Shown here: positions 12,082 through 22,400 of the stretch, in pieces
Position numbering within the stretch: position 1 is the first letter of the stretch
How the letters are laid out: every line of letters begins with the position of its first letter
NCBI GenBank assembly: GCA_964187785.1
Contig: OZ076409.1
Location: forward strand, 28,212,001-28,276,000
Length of the DNA: 64,000 nucleotides
Reading direction: 5' to 3'
Source: Amphiscolops sp. MND2022
Lineage: Eukaryota
Translations under genes and position numbers: made by a program
The notes under the pieces: model-generated
Told to the model about the DNA's origin: nothing
Databases searched by the model: none
The model's input: the letters and a program-made list of their open reading frames with translations, nothing else

Positions 12082-12903
12082 TCAATCTCTCCAAAGAAAT
12101 TCTTGTAAATACCAGTGAAGCATTCTTCGATAGCATCCGAACATTCTTTTGATGGTGATCTTTTTCCGATTCCAGAACGGCTCGATGTGCTGGGTATGCA
12201 CTCCACTCTCAGGTTGCACAAAATTAATCGAATGATTGACGGTTTTGTATTCCAACTCCATCCGCATAATCCCTCTGTAGGCCCGCCATTCGTCGGTATG
12301 AACTACGAATCCTGGCTTCACAACTAAATTGATAACCCGCAATAACGTTTCAGTATCCCTTGTATCGACCGTTTCCTTGTTGTCTAAAGCCGGGCTAGTG
12401 CTCGTATCCACAATTCCGAAAACTCATTGCGTTTTTAGTGGGCCTCGTCAACGATGATTTTTGAGTTTTTCTGAGAAACAACTTTCACCGGCTTGTACAA
12501 TCATGCCCGGGCCCCAACCGGGTAGGGTTTTTTTTGCAAATGACGGTCGCAAATTTCTCTGAGACACGCAAAAGCAATATTGATAGCATACCCGGAGAGG
12601 CCTGTTTGCATTTGAGTCTGTTTGTTTGAAGTTTGTCTTGACCACATGTAAATTGAATGTAGCCATTTTGGTATCTGAATATTGCTTTGGGCGAAAAAAC
12701 TTCCCGTGCGAATGAATTTTTTTGTATTTCGCACAACTTCCATTTTGACACATCCAGCCAAAACCATCGTTGACTTTTTCATATCTTGTCCCAAACAGAA
12801 AATGGGACAATTTGAACTTCGTGGCGAAAAGCCCAACTTTTTGAAATGTTGAATACAAAGTTAGTAGTTTTGCAAGTATGGACGTATGTCCGTTTGGAAG
12901 CAC
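12082..12903 (-). pseudogene. Merlin / IS1595 (ISXO2-like) DDE transposase, frameshifted
   Basis: Motifs split over three frames: WMC..C, RTGSFFAQSNI..WL..IYMWS, GPGMIVQAGESCF (first catalytic D apparently changed to G), PGFVVHTDEWRAY, TVNHSINFVQPESGVHTQHIEPFW, YLQEFLWR. Confidence 0.9.
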
Positions 12904-13131
12904 ATTTCAAAGTATAATGATTGATTTTAACTGTCAATCGATGTAACAAATATGATTATGTCCTTATTGATTTATTGCAGTTATTTTTGTTTAAATAGTT
13001 TTTTTTTGGTAACCCTGGTCAAGCTTCGTTTCTCATTTGACTTAGATGACAGTGGATACGGATAGCAGCAACAAATAAAATCAACTAAACATAAGATATC
13101 TAACTCTCAGTGATAGGTTGTAAAGCCGAAT

Positions 13132-13333
13132 GGGGATCTTCTGTTAATCCCCCCACTGTAAACGCCAAATTTTTAATTCCCCACCACTATCGGTGATGAG
13201 TTTACATTGCAGTTAGAGTTATAAAATACTGCGATTGATTGGTTGTTACAATTAATTGAATGACACTTTCACTTGACTGCTTAACTGGGGGGAATACATC
13301 GGTGGGGGGGTGGTTTGTTAACAAAAGATCCCC
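13132..13333. mobile_element. 202 bp MITE
   Basis: TIRs GGGGATCTTCTGTTAA / TTAACAAAAGATCCCC (15 of 16 match). No clear TSD. Confidence 0.7.
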
Positions 13334-13392
13334 GAGCGGTATTGATGCAGAATAAGGTAACCGTGCAATCGAAAGACCGCTCAGTTAGACGA

Positions 13393-14112
13393 TGTAACGA
13401 TAAGCGCTGGCGCTTGAACCGCAACGTAGAATGGAGGAACTAGAACAGCGAATATAATCTGGGACCTAGATCTCCGCGGCCCTAGCTCATTTTCCCTCCG
13501 AAGAAGCCAGTCCCAAGGTGGGGGAACCGTCTTGTTGGAAACTCTCTGGCCTGGTCCTAGTCTGTAACTGCTAAAAGTAACGGGCATCTTGCATGTCTCA
13601 AGACCACTGCTCAATTAGCCTTTAAAAAGGGGGCTGAAAACAGGAGGATGTTGAGCCATAGTATTGGAGAATCTGATAGAATCGACATCAAAAAGGGGTA
13701 ACCATAGATGTAAATGGGCAGCTCTCGAGCATATCAATCTACTACAACAAGGAAAGCACAACAAGCACAACAATATCGGAAGTTTGAGTTTTTAGTAGGA
13801 GCGAATTGACCATGGCTTCCCAGCGCTAGCGCTCGTCACCGCACAGGACGCCGCAGGATCTTCAGGCGAGCATCTGGAACACCGGTTTCTGTTGCCTATG
13901 TAGTGTAAACGCCATAGACCAAAGATGGGCACTTCACCGTGTTCTAGGGACTGTTTTCTACGTCTTCTCTTCTCGTCGTCTCTCGCGGGGGCGATTTCTG
14001 ATTTCTGATCTGCTTTTTTGACAGGTCTTTCGTCTGGAGCATGTTTGAGTGCCACGTCAGATTTGAACGAATTTTTGCTTCGAAAATTTTGACATGGGCA
14101 GTTGCCGTTACA
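13393..14112 (-). repeat. 3' LTR (720 bp)
   Basis: Matches 31580-32299 except two substitutions seen by eye (GAAGAAGCC/GAAGGAGCC; GATAGAATC/GATAAAATC). Confidence 0.98.
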
Positions 14113-14121
14113 TCACTCCCC
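14113..14121 (-). promoter_or_regulatory. polypurine tract
   Basis: Minus strand GGGGAGTGA directly precedes the TGTAAC of the 3' LTR. Confidence 0.85.
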
Positions 14122-14883
14122 GGGCTTCTGGCTTGTCGTCCCTGGCAAGCGGCATCTGGCCTCGTCTGGAAACGGCATCGCTGAGACTGCTGGGGATCAT
14201 CATCCACACCACAGGGGACAAGGACGAGTCCTTGTTTTTCAGCAACTATTTTCGACAAATTTCGCTGTTTTTTTTCAAAGAAAATTTTACTGCCTAGTAT
14301 TTTTACAAAAAGTGCAAACGAGGTTTTAGCACCAGCTCGAGAGCTAAGGTTTTCAGTCGGTTAAAACTCGTTTGGGCAAGCAGTTTTCGCTAAAAATTCT
14401 TTTGCGACCAAGGTCAGCTAAAATTTCCTTTTCCGTGCAACTTGTCATTTACAGTTTTCGATCAATTTCGGACAACATAAAACTTCTTTTGGGAGGGCGC
14501 CGCTTCGGCTACTCCTTAGACAGTCGATAGAAGGTGCTTGAGCACCAAAACACAAAAAAAACGGCAAAAATCGTAACTAAAAGGCTAAGACTTTTTCTAG
14601 ATCATGGCAACTCAAAAACACCGCGAACGGTGCGCAACAGAAATAACAGTTTTTCTTTGGTAATAGATTCTTTTTTACTTTGTAGGCGAAGCAGCTGGGG
14701 CAGGTGCACTCTATTGACCGTACACCCAGCGCATTACTAACAGTACAATAACTAAGTAATAACTATGAACAAAAATTTGCACCATGTAAGGGTAGCACCG
14801 GCTAAAGCGATAAGTTTGAAGGCACAGTTTCGGTAGAGTTTAGAGTCTATAGGGAGCGCGAACGCTCCCATTGGCGGCAGGGT

Positions 14884-17800
14884 TTATTGGGCTGAGCTGC
14901 GTCGAGCTCGATTCTTTATGGCATCATCGGGAGTTCCTGGATTGCTGGCATCTTCCGACGCAATTGACGCTCTACGTTGAGCAGGAACCACAGTAACTAC
15001 TGTTTCCGAGTCTGACAGGTCCTCTGGGAGCGTTAAATCGGCGATTGGCTGCACCAGGATAGTGCTGGGGGTCAGTTCAGCGTCGTGTTCTCCGGTCTGG
15101 GGTTGCGATGACTGAGGACTGGCCTGTGTCGATGGTGGACTCACAGGCTCTGCCTGCAGAATATGAGTGGGCAAATCCAGAGTCACGGGCCGGTCGATGG
15201 GCTGACTTAGTGACATGGCCATTGTGGGTGCCAGCATGGTAGGCGCGAACGCCTGTTGTCTCTCGAGTTCAGCTCTACTCTCCACGGCCAAGGATATCCG
15301 CTTGGAGACCCAGCCAGGCTGACTCCAGAGCTCGCAAGCTCGCTTCCATTTGGGGAAGCTGGCAATTTTCAGCTCCAAACAATGTCCTTCCCACTCTGCG
15401 CGGGCTTCAGAGCCTAGCACAGAATTAATCTCATCGTGTTGGACGATGGACATATCCCCTGACATCGTCATCTTGGCTTGCGGTCGCCAGGCAGCTTTTC
15501 TTGGGAACGGAGTCACACGGCTCTGCAGGTTCCTCTGACGAGTCTGAGCTGCTCCTTCAATCCAGTTTGGGATTTGAGCCAATTCCATATACTGGATTTG
15601 TCGATTGAAGGCTTCAGGGGCGCGACCAACGGGTTTTGCCCTAGGCCATCCCAGTGGCTCCTTCCAGTAGTGATTTGGGAAAGTGATGCATTTGAAAGCG
15701 TACAGGGGATCTACGGGTGGACCAGCACTAATGCTGGCTCGGATCACCTTGCGTATGAACTCCTGCGACCAGGGGAATCTAAAGGGGACTCCATTCAGGC
15801 TGAGAGGTGCGGAGTACCAGTTGACTGGGCCGTATTCTCGTGGCAAAGGGCACGCTTTTCGTGTGCGGGCACGCAACAGACCCATCAAATTCTCTTCTAG
15901 TTGTTTCTCCGACTTCAAGGTGGTGTACCCGTGCGGCATCTCGCCACTCAATACAGCCTGCACGATTCGCTGATAGGTCAGTGGGGGCCGTCCTTGGAGA
16001 TAGGTGCAGAAGGAGACCATATGCACCTGTACTGTTCTCGCCAGTGGTTTGGTGGGATACCGGCACACACCGACCGCACCGAAGATTGGAGCCAGGACGG
16101 AAGCCATAACGGCCACGAAGTCCTCCACTTCGACCAGAGTCAAATCGGCGATTTGCTGGGGCATGGGGAATCCCGCCGTTTCCGCAGGGAGTTGACGCTC
16201 GGAATGGTGGAGGGGTTGCGATTGATCCACGCCTACGAACAAGCCAGAGGCGAACACTAGGGTGGAGTACAACCAATGTTGGAGGGACGCACGCATGCGT
16301 TCCAGCTGGGCGACATAATCTTGCTGGTCCTTGGAATTTAGGAGGTGGCCCCATCGAGTTAGGCTGCGTAGTTGTCCCTGCGCGAGGATCAGGTAGCTGT
16401 AGAAAGTGACTAGATCACTGGACACTACCAACTCGACTAACATAGCAAGGGGACCTGCCACAAACTTCGTCGGGCCCATTGCTAGCGCGAGCGCTAACAT
16501 CTCTCCTACAGTAGCTTCGCCGATGGTTTCCAACAATTTGTCGGTCTGCACATTGGTGAGCAAGTACTCAGAGGCTATTACGTCGATGTTCCAGCCTAGT
16601 CCGAGACTGGTACAAAAGGCTTCCAAGGGACAGTTAAGCTCTTGAGCTACCTCGGCCAGGGTCCTGTCCACGAATCTGGACTGATACCATTCGGCATACG
16701 TTATTCCGGCGGCATCTACTTCAGCCTTCAAGTTGGTCGCCTCTATAGCCACGACGTACCTCATGCCCACGGGCAACTTGACGGGTTCTATTCCCGCGGC
16801 AAACCGAATCTGGGGAATGGTCCTTTCGACCGTGCGTGTGGCAGGCCAGGTTTCAATTTCCTTCACGAGCTCTGCCAGCTCTGCTCGTACGGGAATTTCT
16901 TTGTCCTTCCGCACCAGCCAGTTGTATCGTCGGACGGCCTCTCGTTCACTCATGTTGGATGCTCGCATGACGCGATTCCCGTCCAAGTCGAAGGCCATTC
17001 GCCCCATACACATTCCATGATCGAACAGTATGGCGTCGTCGATAGTCAGTTGTGCATTTCCTGATCGTTCCACAGCGATTAGTACTCTTGACACGGCAGC
17101 AAAGAAGGCGGGGTATGACAATGCGTCGGGGCGTAGGTCTCCTCGATCAACTCGCAGATTTGGCGCGCAAATAGCAAACTCGATTCGGCGCGCTTTGCAT
17201 ACCTCAGACAGGATGTACACAAATTGCTGCAAGCTTCGTTGCCAATACATGAATCCCGGCGGGGATGCGAAGAGCGCGAGCGCTCCCAGACGACCCCGAA
17301 GGATCCCTGCTGCACGCTCCATTGCGTCTGCAACCACGTTCACTAAGGACGCCACACTCCCAGGTCTGCGGGTATCTGCCATGAGGGCATCCAGGTTGCG
17401 TAGCACCCCTTCACAAGCCATGTGGTCGATCAGATTTGTGAAGACTACACGTCGCGGGGGCGGCTCTCTTAGAGACCCTCTCAGGTTAGGGTCGTACATG
17501 ACCGCGACCATCTCGGCAACCTCAGCGAAGCGGGAGAGTGGCATTGTTAATACCAACACATCGGGCAGAAGGTTGTCGATGGGGAGATCACTCCTAAGTG
17601 TCGAGTCTACTGCCACACAATAGCGCGCACGCTGCAGGGCCGCTTTCAGAAGGGGCTTCATTGATTTGATGTTGCGAGCATAGCGGGCGTTGGCTTCCCA
17701 GGTTTCCCCTTCGTGCAACATGTACCTAGCAGGAAATTGCTCGGTGAGGTCATGCTGCAGGCGAGCCATATAATTGTTGGGTGTCGCGGGCAGTTGCTCT

Positions 17801-19164
17801 CGAGCACGCTGTTCCCAGGCTTGCTCACTCATGTCCGCATCACGGGCACGTAGCGACCGAGTTATCTGAGCCGCAATGGTGATTCTGCTCACTTCTTTCT
17901 GGTCGGCGTCAGACGGCGGTGCCCTCCTTCTGATCGCACACGTGTTCGGGTACAAACACTCTGCCGCCATCCAGATGCGTTTGCTATCGCCAGTCACCAC
18001 TGTGCCGGATACGTCATCGGACGGGGGAAGAAAGGCGGGAGGATTGTTCTCATCGATTGTCTCGGACACCTCCAAGGACATGTTGGCAGAGCCTGTGCCC
18101 GAGGGCACAGGACTCGTTTCAGGATTCGCCTCCACACTGCCGTAGCGGTTGATGGCCTCTTCCAGGGACATCTGAGGCGCGCCTACGCCTAGGTGGCCGA
18201 CGCGATATGGAGGCCTCACGACCACCACACTTTTCATCTGCGACTGGTGGGGTACATCTGCTCGCTTGTCCGGAGGGGGACGACTGGTCGGACTGTCGGT
18301 CACGGAATCATGGCGTGTAGCGACGATATTTTCCTCAGTAAGTCGCTTCCGGCCAGTTTCCTCACGGGGATAGATCATGGCGCTGGTGCTTGGTCCAGCC
18401 GTAGTTTCTGCTTCCATAGACACAGTTTCGGCTAGGGTGGTGGGTGGGGTGACGCAGCCCGAGGGCTGAGCGGCAGCTTGCAAGTAATGTGTCAATCCGG
18501 GAATCCTTTGCTCAACGGCACGAACGAAGTCAGAGGAGTTGGGGTAGTTGGCGACAGCCTGCAGGGCCACAATCACCGCTTGCTCGCTGGGACTCCGTCC
18601 AATCAGATTTAGATTAGGCACTGATGGCGGTTGGGACCCCGAGGGCTCCCGACTTGAGGCAGGTTGATTGGTAATGTTCTGCGTCGTCGTTGCCCGGGTT
18701 CCATATGGTGCCCCACAAGCAATCGAGCTAGAATGCGGCGTCGTCTGCACTGGATTTGGTGCCGGAATGGAAGGCAGCGATGGGACGTTGACGGGCATCA
18801 TACGCAGTGATGTTTCTTGTTCGAATCTGGTGCCCTGGCTGGGACCATGCACTGCGATTGATCTTTCGTCCAAGAACTGGTGAGTCAGGTCGTGCCCATC
18901 CCAGGCATTGTTGGTGCACGTCAAGGTGCGACGATAGCTTGCCACCTCCGTGGTGATTGACAAAGATGCATTTGGCAGCATTTGCATCGATTCAAGCTGG
19001 GTCAGTAGGGCGGCCACCCCAGCTACGGCTACTGGCGAAAGACCGTCCCGCAGCCTTTCTTCGACATATTGGGCCTGATTGACCCTCTGCGCTCGCGCAG
19101 ATTCCTGGGGCCTTGCACTATTAGACCCGGTTGCAGGCGCTGAATTGTTTGGGCAATGGGCCAT
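14884..19164 (-). CDS. ORF2 of the giant element, 1426 aa, with a degenerate SGNH/GDSL-hydrolase-like domain; function unknown
   Basis: Intact long ORF between pol and the PPT. Low-complexity N- and C-termini. Central YCVAVDSTLR..VLVLTMP..RRVVFTNLIDH..ALFASPPG..DLRPDALSYPAFF resembles SGNH blocks I, II, III and V. No signal peptide. Confidence 0.88.
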   Translation of the reverse strand: MAHCPNNSAPATGSNSARPQESARAQRVNQAQYVEERLRDGLSPVAVAGVAALLTQLESMQMLPNASLSITTEVASYRRTLTCTNNAWDGHDLTHQFLDERSIAVHGPSQGTRFEQETSLRMMPVNVPSLPSIPAPNPVQTTPHSSSIACGAPYGTRATTTQNITNQPASSREPSGSQPPSVPNLNLIGRSPSEQAVIVALQAVANYPNSSDFVRAVEQRIPGLTHYLQAAAQPSGCVTPPTTLAETVSMEAETTAGPSTSAMIYPREETGRKRLTEENIVATRHDSVTDSPTSRPPPDKRADVPHQSQMKSVVVVRPPYRVGHLGVGAPQMSLEEAINRYGSVEANPETSPVPSGTGSANMSLEVSETIDENNPPAFLPPSDDVSGTVVTGDSKRIWMAAECLYPNTCAIRRRAPPSDADQKEVSRITIAAQITRSLRARDADMSEQAWEQRAREQLPATPNNYMARLQHDLTEQFPARYMLHEGETWEANARYARNIKSMKPLLKAALQRARYCVAVDSTLRSDLPIDNLLPDVLVLTMPLSRFAEVAEMVAVMYDPNLRGSLREPPPRRVVFTNLIDHMACEGVLRNLDALMADTRRPGSVASLVNVVADAMERAAGILRGRLGALALFASPPGFMYWQRSLQQFVYILSEVCKARRIEFAICAPNLRVDRGDLRPDALSYPAFFAAVSRVLIAVERSGNAQLTIDDAILFDHGMCMGRMAFDLDGNRVMRASNMSEREAVRRYNWLVRKDKEIPVRAELAELVKEIETWPATRTVERTIPQIRFAAGIEPVKLPVGMRYVVAIEATNLKAEVDAAGITYAEWYQSRFVDRTLAEVAQELNCPLEAFCTSLGLGWNIDVIASEYLLTNVQTDKLLETIGEATVGEMLALALAMGPTKFVAGPLAMLVELVVSSDLVTFYSYLILAQGQLRSLTRWGHLLNSKDQQDYVAQLERMRASLQHWLYSTLVFASGLFVGVDQSQPLHHSERQLPAETAGFPMPQQIADLTLVEVEDFVAVMASVLAPIFGAVGVCRYPTKPLARTVQVHMVSFCTYLQGRPPLTYQRIVQAVLSGEMPHGYTTLKSEKQLEENLMGLLRARTRKACPLPREYGPVNWYSAPLSLNGVPFRFPWSQEFIRKVIRASISAGPPVDPLYAFKCITFPNHYWKEPLGWPRAKPVGRAPEAFNRQIQYMELAQIPNWIEGAAQTRQRNLQSRVTPFPRKAAWRPQAKMTMSGDMSIVQHDEINSVLGSEARAEWEGHCLELKIASFPKWKRACELWSQPGWVSKRISLAVESRAELERQQAFAPTMLAPTMAMSLSQPIDRPVTLDLPTHILQAEPVSPPSTQASPQSSQPQTGEHDAELTPSTILVQPIADLTLPEDLSDSETVVTVVPAQRRASIASEDASNPGTPDDAIKNRARRSSAQ

Positions 19165-19176
19165 TAATGCATAGGT

Positions 19177-19200
19177 CTAAAAAGGACCACTGTTAAACTC
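19177..19200 (-). promoter_or_regulatory. putative splice acceptor for ORF2
   Basis: Minus strand GAGTTTAACAGTGGTCCTTTTTAG|ACCTATGCATTAATG has a branch-like TTTAAC, a pyrimidine tract and AG. The ORF2 frame opens exactly after this AG. Confidence 0.55.
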
Positions 19201-19458
19201 ACAGGGACAAGTTCTCTCTGGAACGAGCCGTGAGTCGGTTCGTCCTTCAATTGCAGCCAGGCAACGCCGGCTCCATAAAGGGGCCACTACAAACTTAAAA
19301 TCTAACTCTAACTAACTAATGAACTAGAACAAAACCTTGAGTGAAGAACATGACAAATTAACATCTCGAGAGCATTTCAAGGCTCTTCCAAGGTTGTTAC
19401 AAAAACTGTTACAAGAACTGAGGGCAAAGGAAAAATGGGGACAACTAAAATGAAAAGG

Positions 19459-22400
19459 CTACTTCAGCCCTATAGTTAATATTGATACATATACGCGGCT
19501 ATGCAAAACCACGTGAATACCAGTACCCTCGAACATGCTCGTTAGAGTATGGTACAGGTTAACCAACGAGAAAGCCGGTCTCTTGGGATCCAGAATCGGT
19601 AGGTGGACCCGTGTGGATCCTTTATCTATCAGGCGCTGTGTCAAGTGCGTCATGCAACGCAAGTAGTCGTCTGTCAGCAGCGGTGCGCGCTGGTTAGCAC
19701 GGACTATCAACAGGTGAATACTTTGGTTGGGGTTGGGGTTCACATCGGGCGGGATAGTGAGAATCTCGCCCACTTTAGGTCGTAAGGCAAATACATCTTC
19801 CATGCCGCACTCCCGCAGCACATATCGCAGGGCGGCAGAGTTGGTCTTTAGGTCAGCAGGGCATGCTAACACTATGTCGCCCTCGGCCTGCAAGAAATCG
19901 GACTCATCGTAAGAGACGTGTTCGGCTGAGTTCGGATACAGGGCTCCCGGGTAAACAATCTCTCGTCCGGGGCCATTATCGGGGGGCAGACACACGCGAG
20001 GGGTACGCCCTTGGACTGCAGCCAGGTCTTGCCACACTGAGCGGGGCATCGCTCGATTGTCGCTGCCGGCCTTTACCCACGCATCTAAAGTTCCCAGGGC
20101 GGCTTTGGGGAACAAGGGGATCTCGAAAGTGTGAGTCCACTCATCTAATAGTCGAATTCTGGGATGGGTGGCGAAACATGTGATTATTAGTTCCAGCCAC
20201 CACGCGAACTTCATCTTGCCTCGGTACCAGTCTATGATATGGAAGCAAAGTATTAAGTCCACAGTGGTGAGGGTCCTCAGACTCTCCAGACAGGATAACA
20301 GATTCAACGGTTCCACCAGCGCCTCCACTCGTGGAGCTGTTACCAGCAGCCACCAGTGAGGAGCCGGGCTGTATACCCCTCCTGGTTCCACCTGGACTCC
20401 ATACTTGTCGCATAACAAGTCAGCAGTGATGCATCGGACCATCTGCACAGGTTCCCTTTCAAAATTGAATGGTCCAAACGCAATATTACTAGGCACGGGG
20501 GGCAACACCGTGGGCAGGGTAAACTCCAGGCCCTTTCCATCGCTAGTCCACTCCTTAAACCTAGGACAAGGGGCCTTCGCTACCCCAGGCAGTGACAACT
20601 TCTCCAGGATAGTGTCCACAGGGTAGTCTCCGGACCGCTCTACAGCTGAGTAGGTTTTTTCGGCCCGCACCGTGAGGCGGTATACCAAGTTTTCTCTCTC
20701 TTCCGGAGGAACTCCCCGGGCTCCAATGGGAACCCTCCGGTTCTCATTCACAGCAAATAAGCAGACACAATCTCGCAGCCCGCAGGTTCCACACTTGTAG
20801 CGCGGCTGTCGCTTACTCCTTAGTTGATACCTAAGAGCAGTTGCAGATGCTTCTGTTAGCGTCTCTGCAGTTCTGGGAGCTTCCGTTTCGGCCTGGATCG
20901 CAGTTTCAGTTTCAGCTTTTCTCGGTGTTTCTTTCTTCCTCGTTCTTGCCTTCGCTCGAATCAGCCGTTTCTTCTGTGCCTTAGGTGGTCTCCCCCTCCC
21001 CCTTTTAAAAGAAGGAGCGGTCCCCGCTCCTGGCGAGGTCTCGGGAGCATCAGGCAGATCGGGCTGAACGTCGCTGTCGCTGCTGGCAGATTTGAGGGGA
21101 ATCGGAGGGGCGGTCGGCCATATGGGATAGTTACTAAGAAAGTTGGTTAGCGAGGGATTCGTCAACAAGGATGCTGAGGTTCCTGGTAACGATGTCTCTT
21201 CTTCAGAGGATATCTGCGGAGACGGTGAGCGCACGCGCTCATGGTCAGAGAACAGTTGGGGTAGTACACGGGCAGGGGATATCGACTGATCCAATGTAGT
21301 CGGAGGAGCCGCAGGCTCCACCCTATCCTCGTCAACGGGATTAGGAGGTATTGGCAACATGGCATCGGATAGTTCGTCGTCTGTACCCGAGGTGGAATAG
21401 TCAAATTGCTGATAATGCGGGCGGGAGCCGCCTGCGCGAAGCTTCGTGCGTAGTCGAGTGTCCATCCAGTGACGTCGACGTGAGGGCAAAGATGCATCGG
21501 ACGCCTCTGAAAGTAGTTGTTCGGGTTTATACGACGAGAAAGACTGGTCGTCATCAACTACGTCGACGGAACGTTCAGGTTCGGGGTCCATGAGGACCAC
21601 CACCTCACCACTGTCCGAGTGTGCAGTAGCAAGTTCAAGTGGGCCACTGTGGTGCGGTTTGAGACGCTCAAAATGAACCTTTTGACCTGTGTCTAGTACA
21701 TAGACACGACCGTCCTGAAAAACTTGTACCACTTTGTGCGGGCCTCGCCAGGCACGCATCAATTTCGGGGAACCCTTTTGCGGTACGTAGCGGCAAAAAA
21801 CCCAGACGAGCTCGCCTACTTGGTAAGCTCGCGCTTGTATAGCACGGTCGTACTTTAATTTTTGACGCAATTGGGCTTGGTGCGTATTACGCCGTACCAG
21901 GTCATGTATTTCCTGTTGGCGAGCCAGTACATGATCGACATACGCCTCATGCGACTCGAATGATTTGGCAGCAAACTCGGGATACAAGAACGTGAGAGGG
22001 ATGGCCTTCTCTACGCCACGGGTCAGCATATAGGGTGAGAAGCCAGTGGTAGCGTGCCTCGTAGAGTTGTAGGCACCCATGACCTCATCAAGACATTGGT
22101 CCCAATCGCGCATACGGCGGGAACAAAAAACTCGCAGTAGGGTCAGCAGCGTCCGATTTTGGCGCTCGACCAAGCCTTGGGTTCTCGGATGGCTAGCTGT
22201 AGAGGTTACTTTGGTAACGTGGGCTGCTTTTAGGAATTCGTTGGACACCTCGGCAGTCAAATTAGGGGCATTGTCAGACTGCATCCTAGTGGGTGTGCCA
22301 TGACGGGCGAACCACTTTTGTAACAGCAACCGAGAGGTAGTCACAGCGTCGTAGTCATGATGACTACAGGGCACTGCTTCCGCGAACTTGGAGAAATGGT

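Noticed and set aside
13381..14329. Short ORFs repeated at 31577-32326
   Set aside because: They lie in the LTRs, mostly begin at non-ATG codons and have no recognisable domain.
14884..19164. ORF2 as a classical envelope protein
   Set aside because: No signal peptide, Cys-rich ectodomain or clear C-terminal anchor.
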